The position numbers and the translations under genes were made by a program. Below, piece by piece: positions 25,087-37,339 of a DNA stretch of 64,000 nt (positions are counted from its first letter, which is position 1; each line of letters opens with the position of its first letter). The DNA is from Octopus vulgaris (taxonomy: Eukaryota): positions 110,298,001 through 110,362,000 of the forward strand of contig OX597820.1 in assembly GCA_951406725.2 (NCBI GenBank), in the 5' to 3' direction. The notes beneath the pieces are model-generated. The model saw only the letters and a list, made by a program, of their open reading frames with translations, searched no databases and had not been told where the DNA came from.

Positions 25087-25549
25087 AAATATATTTGAGT
25101 GTGTTTGTGTGAAATTACACAAGACACTCATTCTTTGGTTGCTTTATGTCTAATATGCTTGAAATAATAACATTGGTGCTTCTGACCATTTACTTTATTT
25201 ATTGCCACCCAGAAGAATACGTTTACTTGTTTGGTGAGTGAAACTATTTCAATTTGCATCTGCCTGTCCATATCTGTTTGGTTTCTTATTGTTTCTGCTG
25301 ATAAGTATCAGATCTATTTTGCATGTTACCAACAACCTGAAGTCTTATGGCAGACTGTGTCCTTGTTATCAGTACTGTGCCTAAGGTTTAAAATATCTAA
25401 CAGCTGCAAACTACAAAAATTTGTAGGATTTGTTTAACACATTTGTAATTTTTAAATATATGATTATTATAAGAAAATTTAAATTCTGAATTTTCATTAT
25501 TTTATAAACTCAGTGTTTTAACTAGAGATCTATGTGTGTGTGTAGTTTA

Positions 25550-27693
25550 AAATCCAATAGAGGTAGAATCAACAAAAAAGTACTCCATCCAGTTAGAGAA
25601 AAGTATCAATTTAAATACACAACCGAAAGAGCAACTAATAGTTTCATGCTTTTATGATACTCGAACTGGCATATTTATAAAATGCACCAAGTATCTTTCA
25701 GGCTCTGTTTATGCATTAAACAACGATGCTGGACAGTAAAAAAATTTTAAATGTGGAAAAAACATCAAGAAGTTTGGTACAAAAAATGGAACAAAAAAAA
25801 GAAACAAAATCAAGAAAACTAAGGTCCCTATCCTCCCTGATTGCAGAAAGCTCGTTAACTACAACTGATTAAGAACAAAGTAACAGAAAATATGTCAAAG
25901 TCTGCAAGACAGAAACTCAATCGAGAGCAAGTGGTGCCCTCCAATTTGATAAATGAAGTCTGTCCATGTGTCTACACCGGCTAAAAATCTCAGATCTCAA
26001 ATTAAGCAATCTGTTGGAATTGCTGGATGTAAGAAAAATATGGGATCTTTCTGCTACACATAAGTTGCATTTCTTAGATCCATTGACATATGGCTTAGAT
26101 TTCTCCACTATTCTCCACTTAATTGCATGTGGTATGGAGCTGCTCCACAAATTCCATACATGTCTTGTCAACTTGGTTGTATTATTTTTATCAGTGTGCT
26201 GGAATGAAGACAGGTGGTTTGCATAATGTCTCTTAAATTCGCCTTTACATGTAATTCTTCTTTTCAATTGATTTGTCTTGGAGCGTAGAGGTATAACTTC
26301 AGCCTCATATATGACAGAGTTTATCATATATGCCTGGTCATGGGGGCAAGCTTCAGGATTTTGACAGTTACAACTGGGAGTGGTCTCTTGATAATTTTTG
26401 TGAGTTATAATGTTCTACATATTGAGGCAGCAGCTGTATGATATTTTTATTGAGTGTCTGTTAAAAATTAAAAATTTTCCTGTATTTATGATTTATTGGA
26501 AAATGTTTATCTAAAAGAGACAGGAATTTCTTGCCTATGTTAGTCTTAACATTAAGGGAGAAAGGAGGGGTGAACCAAATTATTTTCTGAGGTTTATTTT
26601 TTTAATTATCTATTTTTACTTAAAGAGTTGTAATATATTTTATCTTTGAAGTCACTGTTAGCTAGGGCATTGTTATAGTAGGGGGTTTCCTTATCAAATA
26701 TTTGTTTAGAAGAAAATAGATTTTATACCATATTACTAATGTTAACTATCAGATTTTTGAAGACTATAGGAGTGGGTGTGACAGGACTGTTTATGTATGT
26801 ATGGGACCTCCTCATTTGGCCTATGACACATCTTATAGAAGAGGGAGTTTAAGTTTAGGGGAAACATCTAAAAAATCGACTTTAGGACAGATTAGTAGCA
26901 ACAGTGATTTTGAGGCCTAATTGACTAAAGGTATCAATGAGATTTTTCCTAAATTTATCAAGGGTGTGACGATCACAGTCATGAGATATTCCCAACCCAT
27001 CATCTCTATATAGACCAACATCATGGGATAGGAACTTGGCTCTCAATGTATTTAATATAAAGAAACCCACAAGATTGCAGATATTTGCACTGTCATACAA
27101 TTCCATCAATACATCAAACAATTCTTCTGTTTCTGATTTTTTAACCCATGCTGAGCCCCTACTAAGTACAAGAGTCTTTCTTGCCTGCAGGTGTATTTGG
27201 TATGTATCTACATATGTTTTTGCAAACTCAATCACCTTATCTAGCAATGATCTTGATATTGAGGGATAAAAACCAACAATGTTAAATTGACTGAATTTAG
27301 TTCTATGCTTATCTTCTATATTCCTAAACCAATCTATGACAGTGTTGCTATTATACCATTGTTGTAGTTTAGTTCTCTCTCTAATTCTGATCTTAACCTT
27401 CCTTAGTATTTTGTTTTAGTTCCTAAATCTGTTTCAGTCCTCACTGGCTTTAAAAGCTTACAGGTCGGCTTATTACTGAAATTGGGTTTCTGATCTTTTA
27501 GAGTAATAAAAGCTTCATGTTTCTTTCGTATTTTTTTACTGTCCAGAGTCCTTGTTTTTGAAATATATATATAACACATGAACAGAGCATGAAAGATTGC
27601 TTTAAGACACATAGTGTATTTTATAAATATGCCTGATCAAGTATCATAAAAGTATAAGACTATTTCTAGCTCTTTGGGTTGTGTATTTAAAGT
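25550..27693 (-). mobile_element. Penelope-like element (Nematis-like), degenerate, with a short inverted pLTR copy at the 5' end
   Basis: GLYRDD (26882-27247), EAFITLKD.KPNFSNKPTCKLL (27403-27612) and EN region IYEA...FKRHYANH...CNLC (25917-26327). About 27580-27690 is an inverted copy of about 25610-25710. Confidence 0.88.
25628..25706 (-). ncRNA. Hammerhead-like motif, variant core
   Basis: Minus strand: AGAGC-CTGAAAG-ATACTT...AAGCAT-GAAAC-TATTA-GTT-GCTCT. Confidence 0.55.
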
Positions 27694-27758
27694 TATATAT
27701 ATATATACATATATATATATAGATAGATAGATAGATAGATAGATACACATATACATAC

Positions 27759-27801
<43 letters not shown>

Positions 27802-27820
27802 AATATATATATATACACAC

Positions 27821-27853
<33 letters not shown>

Positions 27854-27862
27854 TATACATAT

Positions 27863-27939
<77 letters not shown>

Positions 27940-27942
<3 letters not shown>

Positions 27943-30900
27943 GGAAAAAAGCAACAAGAATGGATTAAAATCTCGGTACAGTTGTTTCGTTCGAGGACAT
28001 CTTTAATAAGCTACAAAAAATGCAGTAAATACAGATGGCTTGTACTCGTCAGCCGAAAAAACATCAGAGAATTCCCAAACATCAAAAGGGGTAGATACAA
28101 AAGAGGGTGTAAGATTAACTGCATTGAAGAAAGTTCGATTCCTGGAGATCTGATGAAAGGTTTTAAACTTACAGAATTTGTGCATGTCTATATATAGCTC
28201 ATATTGAATTGCTAATCAGGTTATGTGAAGAAATTTCGGATACAGTCATGCGAAATTTTTGAAAATCTGAGTAAGAAGCAAAGTGACTGTCATATCATGT
28301 AGAGGAAAATCTGAGTAAGAAGCCAAGTGACTGTCATATCGTGTAGAGGAACAGATTGTTATTGAAATTTACAAGAATCGCAGATAAGTTCGATTCTTGG
28401 AGATCCGATAAAAAGTCTTGAACTTACAGAATATGTGCATGTCCCTATAGTTCATAATCCAGTTATGTGAAGAAATTTTGGGTACAATCATGCGAAAATA
28501 TCAGGGAATCCGAATGAGAAGCAAAATGACAGTCTTATTCTGTAGAGGGGCAGATTGTTATTGAAATTTACAAGAATCACAGAGGAAGGAGGAAGGAAGT
28601 AGAATTTAATCAGTTACTGCTATTAATGCTATCAAAGAGAAGGGAACGGGAAGCTAAGGGGATGGACACAAGTTGATACTATAAGAAAAATCTAAGCTAT
28701 TTTGGTGCAAAATTCGAACTGAGGTCAACAATTTATTTCTTTATTTATAAATGTTACTATTAATAGATTGTCAGGTTACAATGAGAGGTCATTAGAAAGG
28801 AAAGAAAAAAGGGGTTGTTTTTTAATGAAACCAAAAAATTATATTATTATTATACTATATTATATTATATTGTATTATATTATAATACATTACAATAGGT
28901 TTGGGATTAGCAGAATTAATTATTAGTGTAAAAGAAACTAAGAGAATTTAACTAACTAATTTTTTATATATGGGTTAAAGTGAAATAGACTAAGAAATGG
29001 AGATAAAAATAGAGCAGAATTTAAATTATTTTTATAGTCTAATAGAAATAAATTAAATAATTTAAATCAATAAGTATTAAATAGTACAATTAGAGAGAGA
29101 ATATAATCATAGCTAGTTAGATCGTATCTGTCTAGTTAAATATATAATGTACTATGTAGGAGTAATGTATAAATCAAAGTGATTTTATACAAAGTGATTT
29201 TAATATACAGTTGTCAATTAAAATATCATTTAAACTATTTAAGAGTCTTAGTTCGAGCGTGTATACAAGAAATCCAAGTTCAATTCTGCTGTTTAATGAA
29301 ATTTCTCTATTTTTTCTATACATTAGTATTTCAAATGTTTCCATGGAGCAAAGTTGACAACCTACTCTGCTATTTTTATAGGGTATTGCTCTTCTGACTA
29401 ATTCCCAATTAAGGTTATATTTGATATTATTGTTTTTTAGTTCCCAAATTTTACTAGAAAGAGTGGTGCTATCAGCTTTATGACGTAATTTGAAGGAGGA
29501 AAGATGGTTATTCAATCTCTTTTTAAAATTTACAGTACATCCAACATAAGTGAATTTATTATTATCTGTGGTTATGGAGCATTTGTAGATTATGTTATTT
29601 AACCCGCATAAACCAGGTGCCGGGCATTTTGATTTAATTCTGAAGTTACATCTAGGGGAATTATAATTAGAAGTCGAATAACTTGAGGATAGAAGTCTCA
29701 TACTACTGTTGCTCGAAGCAGTGCGGGTAAATTTATCATGATTTTGGTTATTGTTGTTATCTAAAAAAACTCTATCATTATTGTAGTTAATATTATTATC
29801 TAAAGTAGTATTATCATTTATTGGTATTCTTACATTTTCATTTGGTTCTAAAGCCCTACTTTCATTATTAATATTATTGGTGCTGTTATCTAAAATAATG
29901 TTATCATTATTGTAGTTAATGTTATCACCTAAAGTAGTATTATCATTTGTTGGTATTCCTACACTATCATTTGGTTCTATAACCCTACTATCATTATTGA
30001 TATTGTTGATGCTGTTAGTATTGTTGTCGGTATTGTTTTCCAAATGTGTAGTGTTGTTGCTGATAACATTGTTGTCCTCATTCACTGTACTTACATTCCT
30101 GGTATTATTCCTATTATTAACATAATCATTCCTATTTATGTTATTATTGTTGTTAACAATTCTATAGCTATTGGTTATATTTATTATATGACATTCCTTA
30201 TTATTATTGTTGCAATTATTACTTTCAGTACTGTTATTACAATTTTCCATTGTATTTTTATTTTTATTGATTAAATTTTTTCTGGCTAGTTTTATGTTAT
30301 TATTATTGATCTTAGCTATTAAAGTGGACATATTTGGGAGGGTTGAATAAGAAATTCTGACTGTTTTTTTAGAAATAATTTTATGATATCTATGAGAGGA
30401 TGGGAAATTTTTTTCTAGAATTGTTTTGAATCTACTCTGAATATCTGATGAAACCGCACAGTTAAAAGGGATGTTTAGCCATATTATGTCTTTCTTATTA
30501 AATTTCCTAGAATTAGAGTTAGGGCTGTTAGAATTTTTCCCACTAGAGTTAGGGTTGTTAGAATTATTCCTACCATCATCAGATTCTTTGTATTTATTAA
30601 TGTTCTTGTTAGCATGTTTTATCCAAGTTTATTTTATCCTTATTACAAGTGTTCACTGTTATGTTTTTATTGATGTTCTTACTATCATTAGGGTACTTTG
30701 CCGTTGTAAATCTATTTCTACTATCATTTCTGGCTTGGTCATTATTGTTGTCTACGTTACTAATTGTATGTTTCTTAATTTTATTTAAGGTTGTCTTATC
30801 AGGGCTATCTATGTTATGGTCTATGTATTTATCCTTGTACTTATTATCATTACGATTAGATGTTGTATTAGATCCACATCTACGTATCTTTTCGGCTTGA

Positions 30901-31790
30901 TCGTTTTTGTTGTTTATGTGGTTATTGCTATTTAAATTACTTAAATTATTATGAGTTTGTAAGTTTTCCGTATCAACAAATGTAATTTTTTGGTTATATC
31001 CTGCTCTAGATAACGCCTCATTGTAATGTGCTGAGTGTGAGTTAAATATATTAAAATTAGACGATAATTTGGATATTCTCATGAAAATATTTCTAACTAA
31101 GGAATTAATTATATTTGGGGGATAATTAGATAATTTACTTACGTAACTAGTGATTTCACCTTCTTTTCTAAATGGATAATGTAGTTTGGAGTTAAGGTCT
31201 AAAGCAATATCTAGAAAATTAGCTATTTTAATGCTTGGTTCGTAGGTTATGCTAAGGTTGAAATCTTTAAAAAACCTATTAATTTTCTTTTTGATTCTTT
31301 CTATGTGTGATTTATTATTGGTATGGACAACAAACAAAGCATCGTCTCTATATAAACCACCTTGCAATTCAGGGATCTCCTTCTTTATGCATTTCAGTAG
31401 ATATGCTCCTACTAAGTTGGTTACCTCAGCCGAATCACTTGAGCCCATAGGAATATCGAAATAGTTAGGGGTATCAGCTCTGGTCCATAATTTTCCCTCA
31501 AACTCAATAAATGTTTTTCTAGCTAAAAGTATAATGTCTATTTCCTCTCTAGATATGAGGGAGCGATTCATCGCGAATATAAGCGATTTATTTAATAGGA
31601 TAGGAGAAATGCTAGAGTAGTAGTTATTTATGTCGAATTGAATGAAGGCTAGACTATTAGTATTAGTTAGGGAATTAAACCATTTAAGAACCTCATCGGT
31701 ATTTATCCACAGGCTTAAGGGAAGAAGTGGGGTTATTTGGGTAAGATATTATCTAGGATAGATTTACTAAGTCGGCCAAATATATATATA
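27940..31790 (-). mobile_element. Penelope-like element (Nematis-like), 5'-truncated, frameshifted, long 3' region
   Basis: ORF 30609-31571 (FDIPMGS, GGLYRDD, NFLDI) and ORF 29174-30331 (Asn-rich, NIIYKC...YVGCT...RLNNH, CQLC), linked through IIWLNIPF...NFP.SHRYHKI in the second frame. AT-rich simple repeats at both ends. Confidence 0.92.
27972..28057 (-). ncRNA. Type I hammerhead ribozyme (GUA site)
   Basis: Minus strand: TTCGG-CTGACGA-GTACAAG...CTCGAAC-GAAAC-AACT-GTA-CCGAG. Stem II has mismatches. Confidence 0.75.
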
Positions 31791-31799
31791 CATATATAT

Positions 31800-32120
31800 T
31801 TCCATGCCGGTGGCACGTAAAAAGAACCATCCGAATTGTAACCGAAGCCAGTGCCGCCTGGACTGGCTTCCGTGCCGGTGGCACGTAAAATGCACCAATC
31901 CGACCATGGCCATTGCCAGCCTCGCCTGGCACCTGTGCAGGTGGCATGTAAAAAGCACCCACTACACTCACGGAGTGGTTGGCGTTAGGAAGGGCATCCA
32001 CCTGTAGGAACATTGCCAGATAAGACTAGAGCCTGGTGCAGCCTTCTGGCTTCCCAGATCCCTGGTCGAACCATCCAACCCATGCTAGCATGGAGAACGG
32101 ACGTTAAATGATGATGATGA

Positions 32121-32122
<2 letters not shown>
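31800..32122 (+). mobile_element. RTE 3' UTR/tail fragment
   Basis: GCCGGTGGCACGTAAAA repeats, GGCGTTAGGAAGGGCATCC and a (GAT)n tail; same family as the RTE 3' ends elsewhere in the window. Confidence 0.8.
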
Positions 32123-32177
<55 letters not shown>

Positions 32178-32272
32178 TATATATATATACATATATATAT
32201 GTAAATATATATATATATATATGCATATATATATATACATATATATATGTAAATATATATATATATATACAC

Positions 32273-32302
<30 letters not shown>

Positions 32303-32303
<1 letters not shown>

Positions 32304-32648
32304 GGTGAATTGAAGAAATGGAGCTGAACGAAGATTGAACAGAAATCATTTTATTTCATTCTACACGTGTTTCGAAAGGCACAATTTACCAAAATCCGAT
32401 TGAATAATGAGACCATATTGTGTCTTTCTCTTCAGGAAGAAATAGGAAATCCGTTGGAAATCTTCGTTCAGCTCCATTTCTTCAATTCACCAATAACATT
32501 AAAATTCAATTATCCGCACAAACGCACGGTTGCAACACCATATGGTTGTACCTCCAACCGTGCTGTCTTCTGCTGTGATTTTTGCTACCAAGGTATCGGT
32601 TAAACTTTTGATTAATCTGCTACAAGATTATTCATCTTTCTATTTCAC
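32303..32648 (-). mobile_element. About 345-bp non-coding hammerhead-bearing mini-element between (AT)n arrays
   Basis: A perfect 33-bp inverted repeat (32304-32336 / 32459-32491) encloses a hammerhead. No credible ORF. Confidence 0.7.
32352..32444 (-). ncRNA. Type I hammerhead ribozyme (GUA site)
   Basis: Minus strand: TATTTC-TTC-CTGAAGA-GAAAGACACAAT...ATTGTGCCTTTC-GAAAC-ACGT-GTA-GAA-T-GAAATA. Confidence 0.85.
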
Positions 32649-32686
32649 ATATATATATATATATATAAATATATATATATATACAC

Positions 32687-32715
<29 letters not shown>

Positions 32716-32717
<2 letters not shown>

Positions 32718-33453
32718 AGTAATACTAAGTAATTAAGGGTTTAGCAACGATTTGCCTCACCACACACCGAATTTAGAAATAGCAGTCAAAGAGTTATAGC
32801 TATTCCTTTCTACTAAAAGGGAGATCTCAGTAAAACCACAGCACTTGAGAGGCAAACACAGACAGGCAAGAGAGAAAGAAAGTGACGACAATCGATCATA
32901 CAATAAAAAGTCACCTACGGACGTACGTTTCGAAATCAAGTTTTAGGAAAGCATAAGAATTAGATAATCTTGTCTTATCCAACATCTTTTCTCATCAGCG
33001 TAGGATACTACAATAATGAATAATTGTATATTAAATTTCGCGGTACTAGAAGATATCATCTCAACTGATAGTATCAGAGCGAGCCAAAGCCATTACTAGT
33101 ATCGCCAAATTCAAAGTGTGAATGAAAGTCTGTGTCACCAGCCCCCTCCTACCAGCGTGCAGCCAAGACAAGATGGTTATCAGTAATAATGTAGGGTGAA
33201 ATTAATTAATTTAGAATAATCATTAATTTCACCATGTAGATTTCAGCATGTAAAAGCCCCATTTGAGGAAAGTTTAAGTAATACTAAGTAATTAAGGGTT
33301 TAGCAACGATTTGCCTCACCACACACCGAATTTAGAAATAGCAGTCAAAGAGTTATAGCTATTCCTTTCTACTAAAAGGGAGATCTCTCTTGCCTGTCTG
33401 TGTTTGCCTCTCAAGTGCTGTGGTTTTACTGAGATCTCCCTTTTAGTAGAAAG
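32716..33453 (-). mobile_element. Retrozyme-like non-coding element: 559-bp monomer with 113-bp terminal redundancy and a 70-bp inversion
   Basis: 32716-32828 is identical to 33275-33387. 33384-33453 is the reverse complement of 32806-32875. An intact hammerhead lies inside. Confidence 0.75.
32914..33004 (-). ncRNA. Type I hammerhead ribozyme (GUC site)
   Basis: Minus strand: CCTACG-CTGATGA-GAAA...TTTC-GAAAC-GTAC-GTC-CGTAGG. Perfect 6-bp stem I and canonical core. Confidence 0.9.
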
Positions 33454-35975
33454 ACAACCTGCTGAGAGCCACTGACCAGATCTGTGGTTGGTGCAAAGTC
33501 CCCTCAAGACCCAAAATAACGTGGTGGTGGAACAATGTTGTAGACAGGCCTATTAGGGAAAAGAGACAGGCTTGGAAGGACTGGAAGAACGGTGGTAGCA
33601 GGGAATTGTATCAGACTGCCAGAAAAGAAGCTAGGAGACAGGTTTACTTAGCCAGAGGGGAAGCAGATAAGAAAAAATTTGCCAATGTTCTGCGCCGTGA
33701 GGATGAAAGACTTGAGGTATTTCGTGTTGCAAGACAGTGTGTGAGAGAGAATCGAGATGTGGTACGAGAGAAATGTGTCCGCATGGATGATAGTTCTCTT
33801 GCGCTAAATGGGGCTGCAAAGAGAGAGGTTTGGAGATGCCACTATGAAAGGTTGCTGAATAAAGAAAATGAATGGAAGAAAGAGAGTCTGTTGTATGTCG
33901 ACCCAACAGAGGGACCAGCTATCCAAGTTGACAGTACCTTGGTAGATAAAGCAATTAAAAGTATGAAGACAGAGAAAGCCCCCGGCCCATCAGGAATTAC
34001 TGCAGAGATGCTCAAAATATCTGTCAGTGTAGGCTATAGCCTAGTCACCTGTATAGTTAGCCAGGTGATACACAAAGGAGTCATACCCAATGACTGGTGT
34101 AGCAGCATAATAGTCAACTGCTACAAAGGTAAAGGTGACACTTTAGATACAAATAATTAGAGGTATCAAGTTGTTGGATCAGGTAATGAAGGTCACGGAG
34201 AGGGTCATAGCCCAACTAATTAGAGAGAGAGTCAGTTTGGATGAGATGCAGTTTGATTTCATGCCAGAGAAAAGCACCACTGATGCTATATTTCTGGTAA
34301 GAGAGCTGCAGGAAAAATACCTAGCCAAAGATAAGTCCCTGTACCTGGCTTTTGTTGACATGGAGAAAGCCTTTGACAGGGTCCCCCGATCCCTTATCTG
34401 GTGGTCAATGAGGAAACTAGGGATAGATGAATGGTTAGTGAGAGCCATGCAAGCCATGTAGAAGGATGCTGTTAGTATGGTGAGAGTTCGCAACGAGTAC
34501 ACTAAAGAATTCAGGGTAGAGGTAGGGGTTCAACAAGGTTCAGTTCTCAGCCCACTCCTACTTATCATAGTCTTTCAGGCAATAATGGAGGAATTCAAGA
34601 CAGGATGCTCCTGGGAGCTCCTCTATGCTGATGACCTTGCTCTAATTGCTGAGTCAGTATCAGAACTAGAAGAGAAGTTTCAAGTGTGGAAACAAGGATT
34701 AGAATCGAAGGGCCTTAGAATCAACCTAGCTAAAACCAAAGTCCTAATAAGTAGAAAGACAGCCAAACCACAAATCCCTTCCGGTAGATGGCCCTGCTCG
34801 ATCTGTAGTAGAGGTGTAGGTAGAAACTCTATAAGATGTACCCAGTGTAAGCTATGGACACACAAGAGGTGCAGTAATATCAAAGGAAGGCTAACTGGGA
34901 AGACAGTTTTTGTATGTGGCAGATGCTCGGGAGCGATAAACACTGAAAATGTGCAGAGACCAACTTCCGCCACATTCCAGGGAGAAAAACTAGAAGTAGT
35001 TTATAGCTTCCGTTATCTAGGTGACCAAATCAGTAGCGGAGGAGGGTGCACTGAAAGTATAACTGCTAGAATAAGAATAGCTTGGGCAAAGTTCAGAGAG
35101 CTCTTACCTCTGCTGGTGACAAAGGGCTTCTCGCTCAGAGTAAAAGGTAGACTGCATGACACGTGTATGAACAGCCATGCTACACGGCAGTGAAACATGG
35201 GCTGTGACTGCTGAGGATATGTGTAAGCTCGCAAGGAATGAAGCCAGTATGATCCAATGGATGTGTAATGTCAGTGTGCATAGTCAACAGAGTGTAAGTA
35301 CCTTGAGAGAAAAGTTGGACCTAAGAAGCATTCGATGTGGTGTGCAAGAGAGACGACTGTGTTGGTATGGTCATGTGGTGAGAATGGATGAGTATAGCTG
35401 TGTGAAAAAGTGCCACACCCTAACTGTTGAGGGAACCTGTGGAAGAGGTAGACCCAGGAAGACCTGGGATGAAGTGGTGAAGCACGACCTTCGAACTTTA
35501 GTTCAAAGGTCGTGTTTCACCACTTCATCCCAGGTCTTCCTCACCGAGGAAATGACTAGAGACCGAGACCTTTGGAAGTATGCTGTGCATGAGAAGACCC
35601 AGCAGGACAAGTGAGACCATAACCTGTGGCCTGTACCTGGGATGTAGCCAATCCACTTATGCATACCTTTCCTTCTTGGGACACAAAACTCTACTTGCGA
35701 AGACCTGTTTAGGCAAGTGAGAATCAGAATCAAAATCAAAATCAAATCAATCAACATCACGTAAGAGAACCATCCAAACGTGGCGTTGCCAGCGCTGCCC
35801 TGACTGGATTCCGTGCCGGTGGCACGTAAAAAGCATCCTCTACACTCACGGAGTGGTTGGCATTAGGAAGGGCATCAGCCGTAGAAACATTACCAGATCA
35901 GACTGGGCCTGGTGCTGCCTTCTGGCTTCCCAGACCCCCAAGCTAGCATGGAAAGCTGATGCTAAACAATGATGA
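33454..35975 (+). mobile_element. RTE-clade LINE, 5'-truncated, few lesions
   Basis: ORFs 33606-34160, 34171-34461, 34477-35193 (GVQQGSVLSP, LLYADD, PHD-like Cys cluster) and 35177-35614. 3' UTR and (GAT)n tail. Confidence 0.93.
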
Positions 35976-36019
35976 TATATATATATATATATATACATAC
36001 ATACATACATATATATATA

Positions 36020-36255
36020 TATCATCATCATCATCATCATCATCGTTTAACGTCCGTTTTCCGCGCTAGCACGGGTTGGACGGTTCGACCGGGGTCTGGG
36101 AAGCCAGAGGCCGCTCCAGGCTCCAGTCTGATCTGGCAGAGTTTCTACGGCTGGATGCCCTTCCTAACGCCAACCACTCCGCGAGTGGAGTGGGTGCTTT
36201 TACGTGCCACCTGCACAGGGGCCGGGGGGTCCGGCATCGGTCACGATCGGTTCGA
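36020..36255 (-). mobile_element. RTE 3' tail fragment, tail-to-tail with the previous copy across an (AT)n tract
   Basis: (CAT)n-CGTTTAACGTCCGTTTTCC...GGATGCCCTTCCTAACGCC. Confidence 0.8.
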
Positions 36256-37024
36256 GCTTTTTGAGTTGAGTTGGGGGGGGTCTAGCTGAGAAAGGTTCCA
36301 CCAGTGGAAAGAGAGGGAGAGATAGTGGGGGGGTGTAGGTAATATAGGGAAGCACCAGTGGGGAAGGTTGGGTAAGGAGGAACGATGACAAGGAAGGGTT
36401 GGTGCAGAAGAAATAAAAACGTAGGATATCACGAGATGGGGAGGGGACTGGAAGGAGATAGTTGGATTGAGGCAGTGACAGATTCTAAACAGGAGGTAAC
36501 GTAAGATTAGTGGGGCAGTTAATGAGCTGCGGTGCTAGCAGCTTGTCTTGGTGGGGGGAAGGGGTAGTACACAGTGAAAGCATGTGAGAAGGAGGGGTAG
36601 GAGGGAGAGACAGACGCAATGGTGGTGGGGGAGGAGGAGACAGGAGGGCATATCCGGTGTAGATGGTGAGAAGTGTTCACCGGTATTGGTGGTGGGGGTG
36701 GGAGGGCAGGGGACACCGCCGAATGGCGGAAAGATGGAATTAAGGATTGAACATTAAAGAGGGTTAAATTTCGTAGAGAGAAAGATAGATAAGCAAGTTA
36801 CTCTGAGTACAGACATTTAACAATAGTAACGAATGAGCACGAGTGAGGTACGAAAGATAATGAGATAAAAATGTTTTTGTAACTTGCTGTGAAGGCCCGG
36901 AAGTTGTTGTTGGAGAAGAAAGGAAGTTTAAAATTGGCGAATGGCGGAAAGATGGAATTAAGGATTGAACGTTAAAGAGGGTTAAATTTCGTAGAGAGAA
37001 AGATATATATATATATATATATAC

Positions 37025-37110
<86 letters not shown>

Positions 37111-37339
37111 ATATATAAATTTAAAATAATAAGGGTGAAAAATAAAATTTTAATTTGATTAATATCAATTTAAAACCAGTGGTCTAGCACCTTGAAAAAT
37201 CTGAAGATTCAGAAAAATTATAATACATACATGTAAGAGAACTGAACCTTGTTGAACCCCTACCTCTACACATGTAAATTATAATACATACACTAAGTGG
37301 ACATCCCTCTTATATGTGTGTGTGTATTTATATATTACC

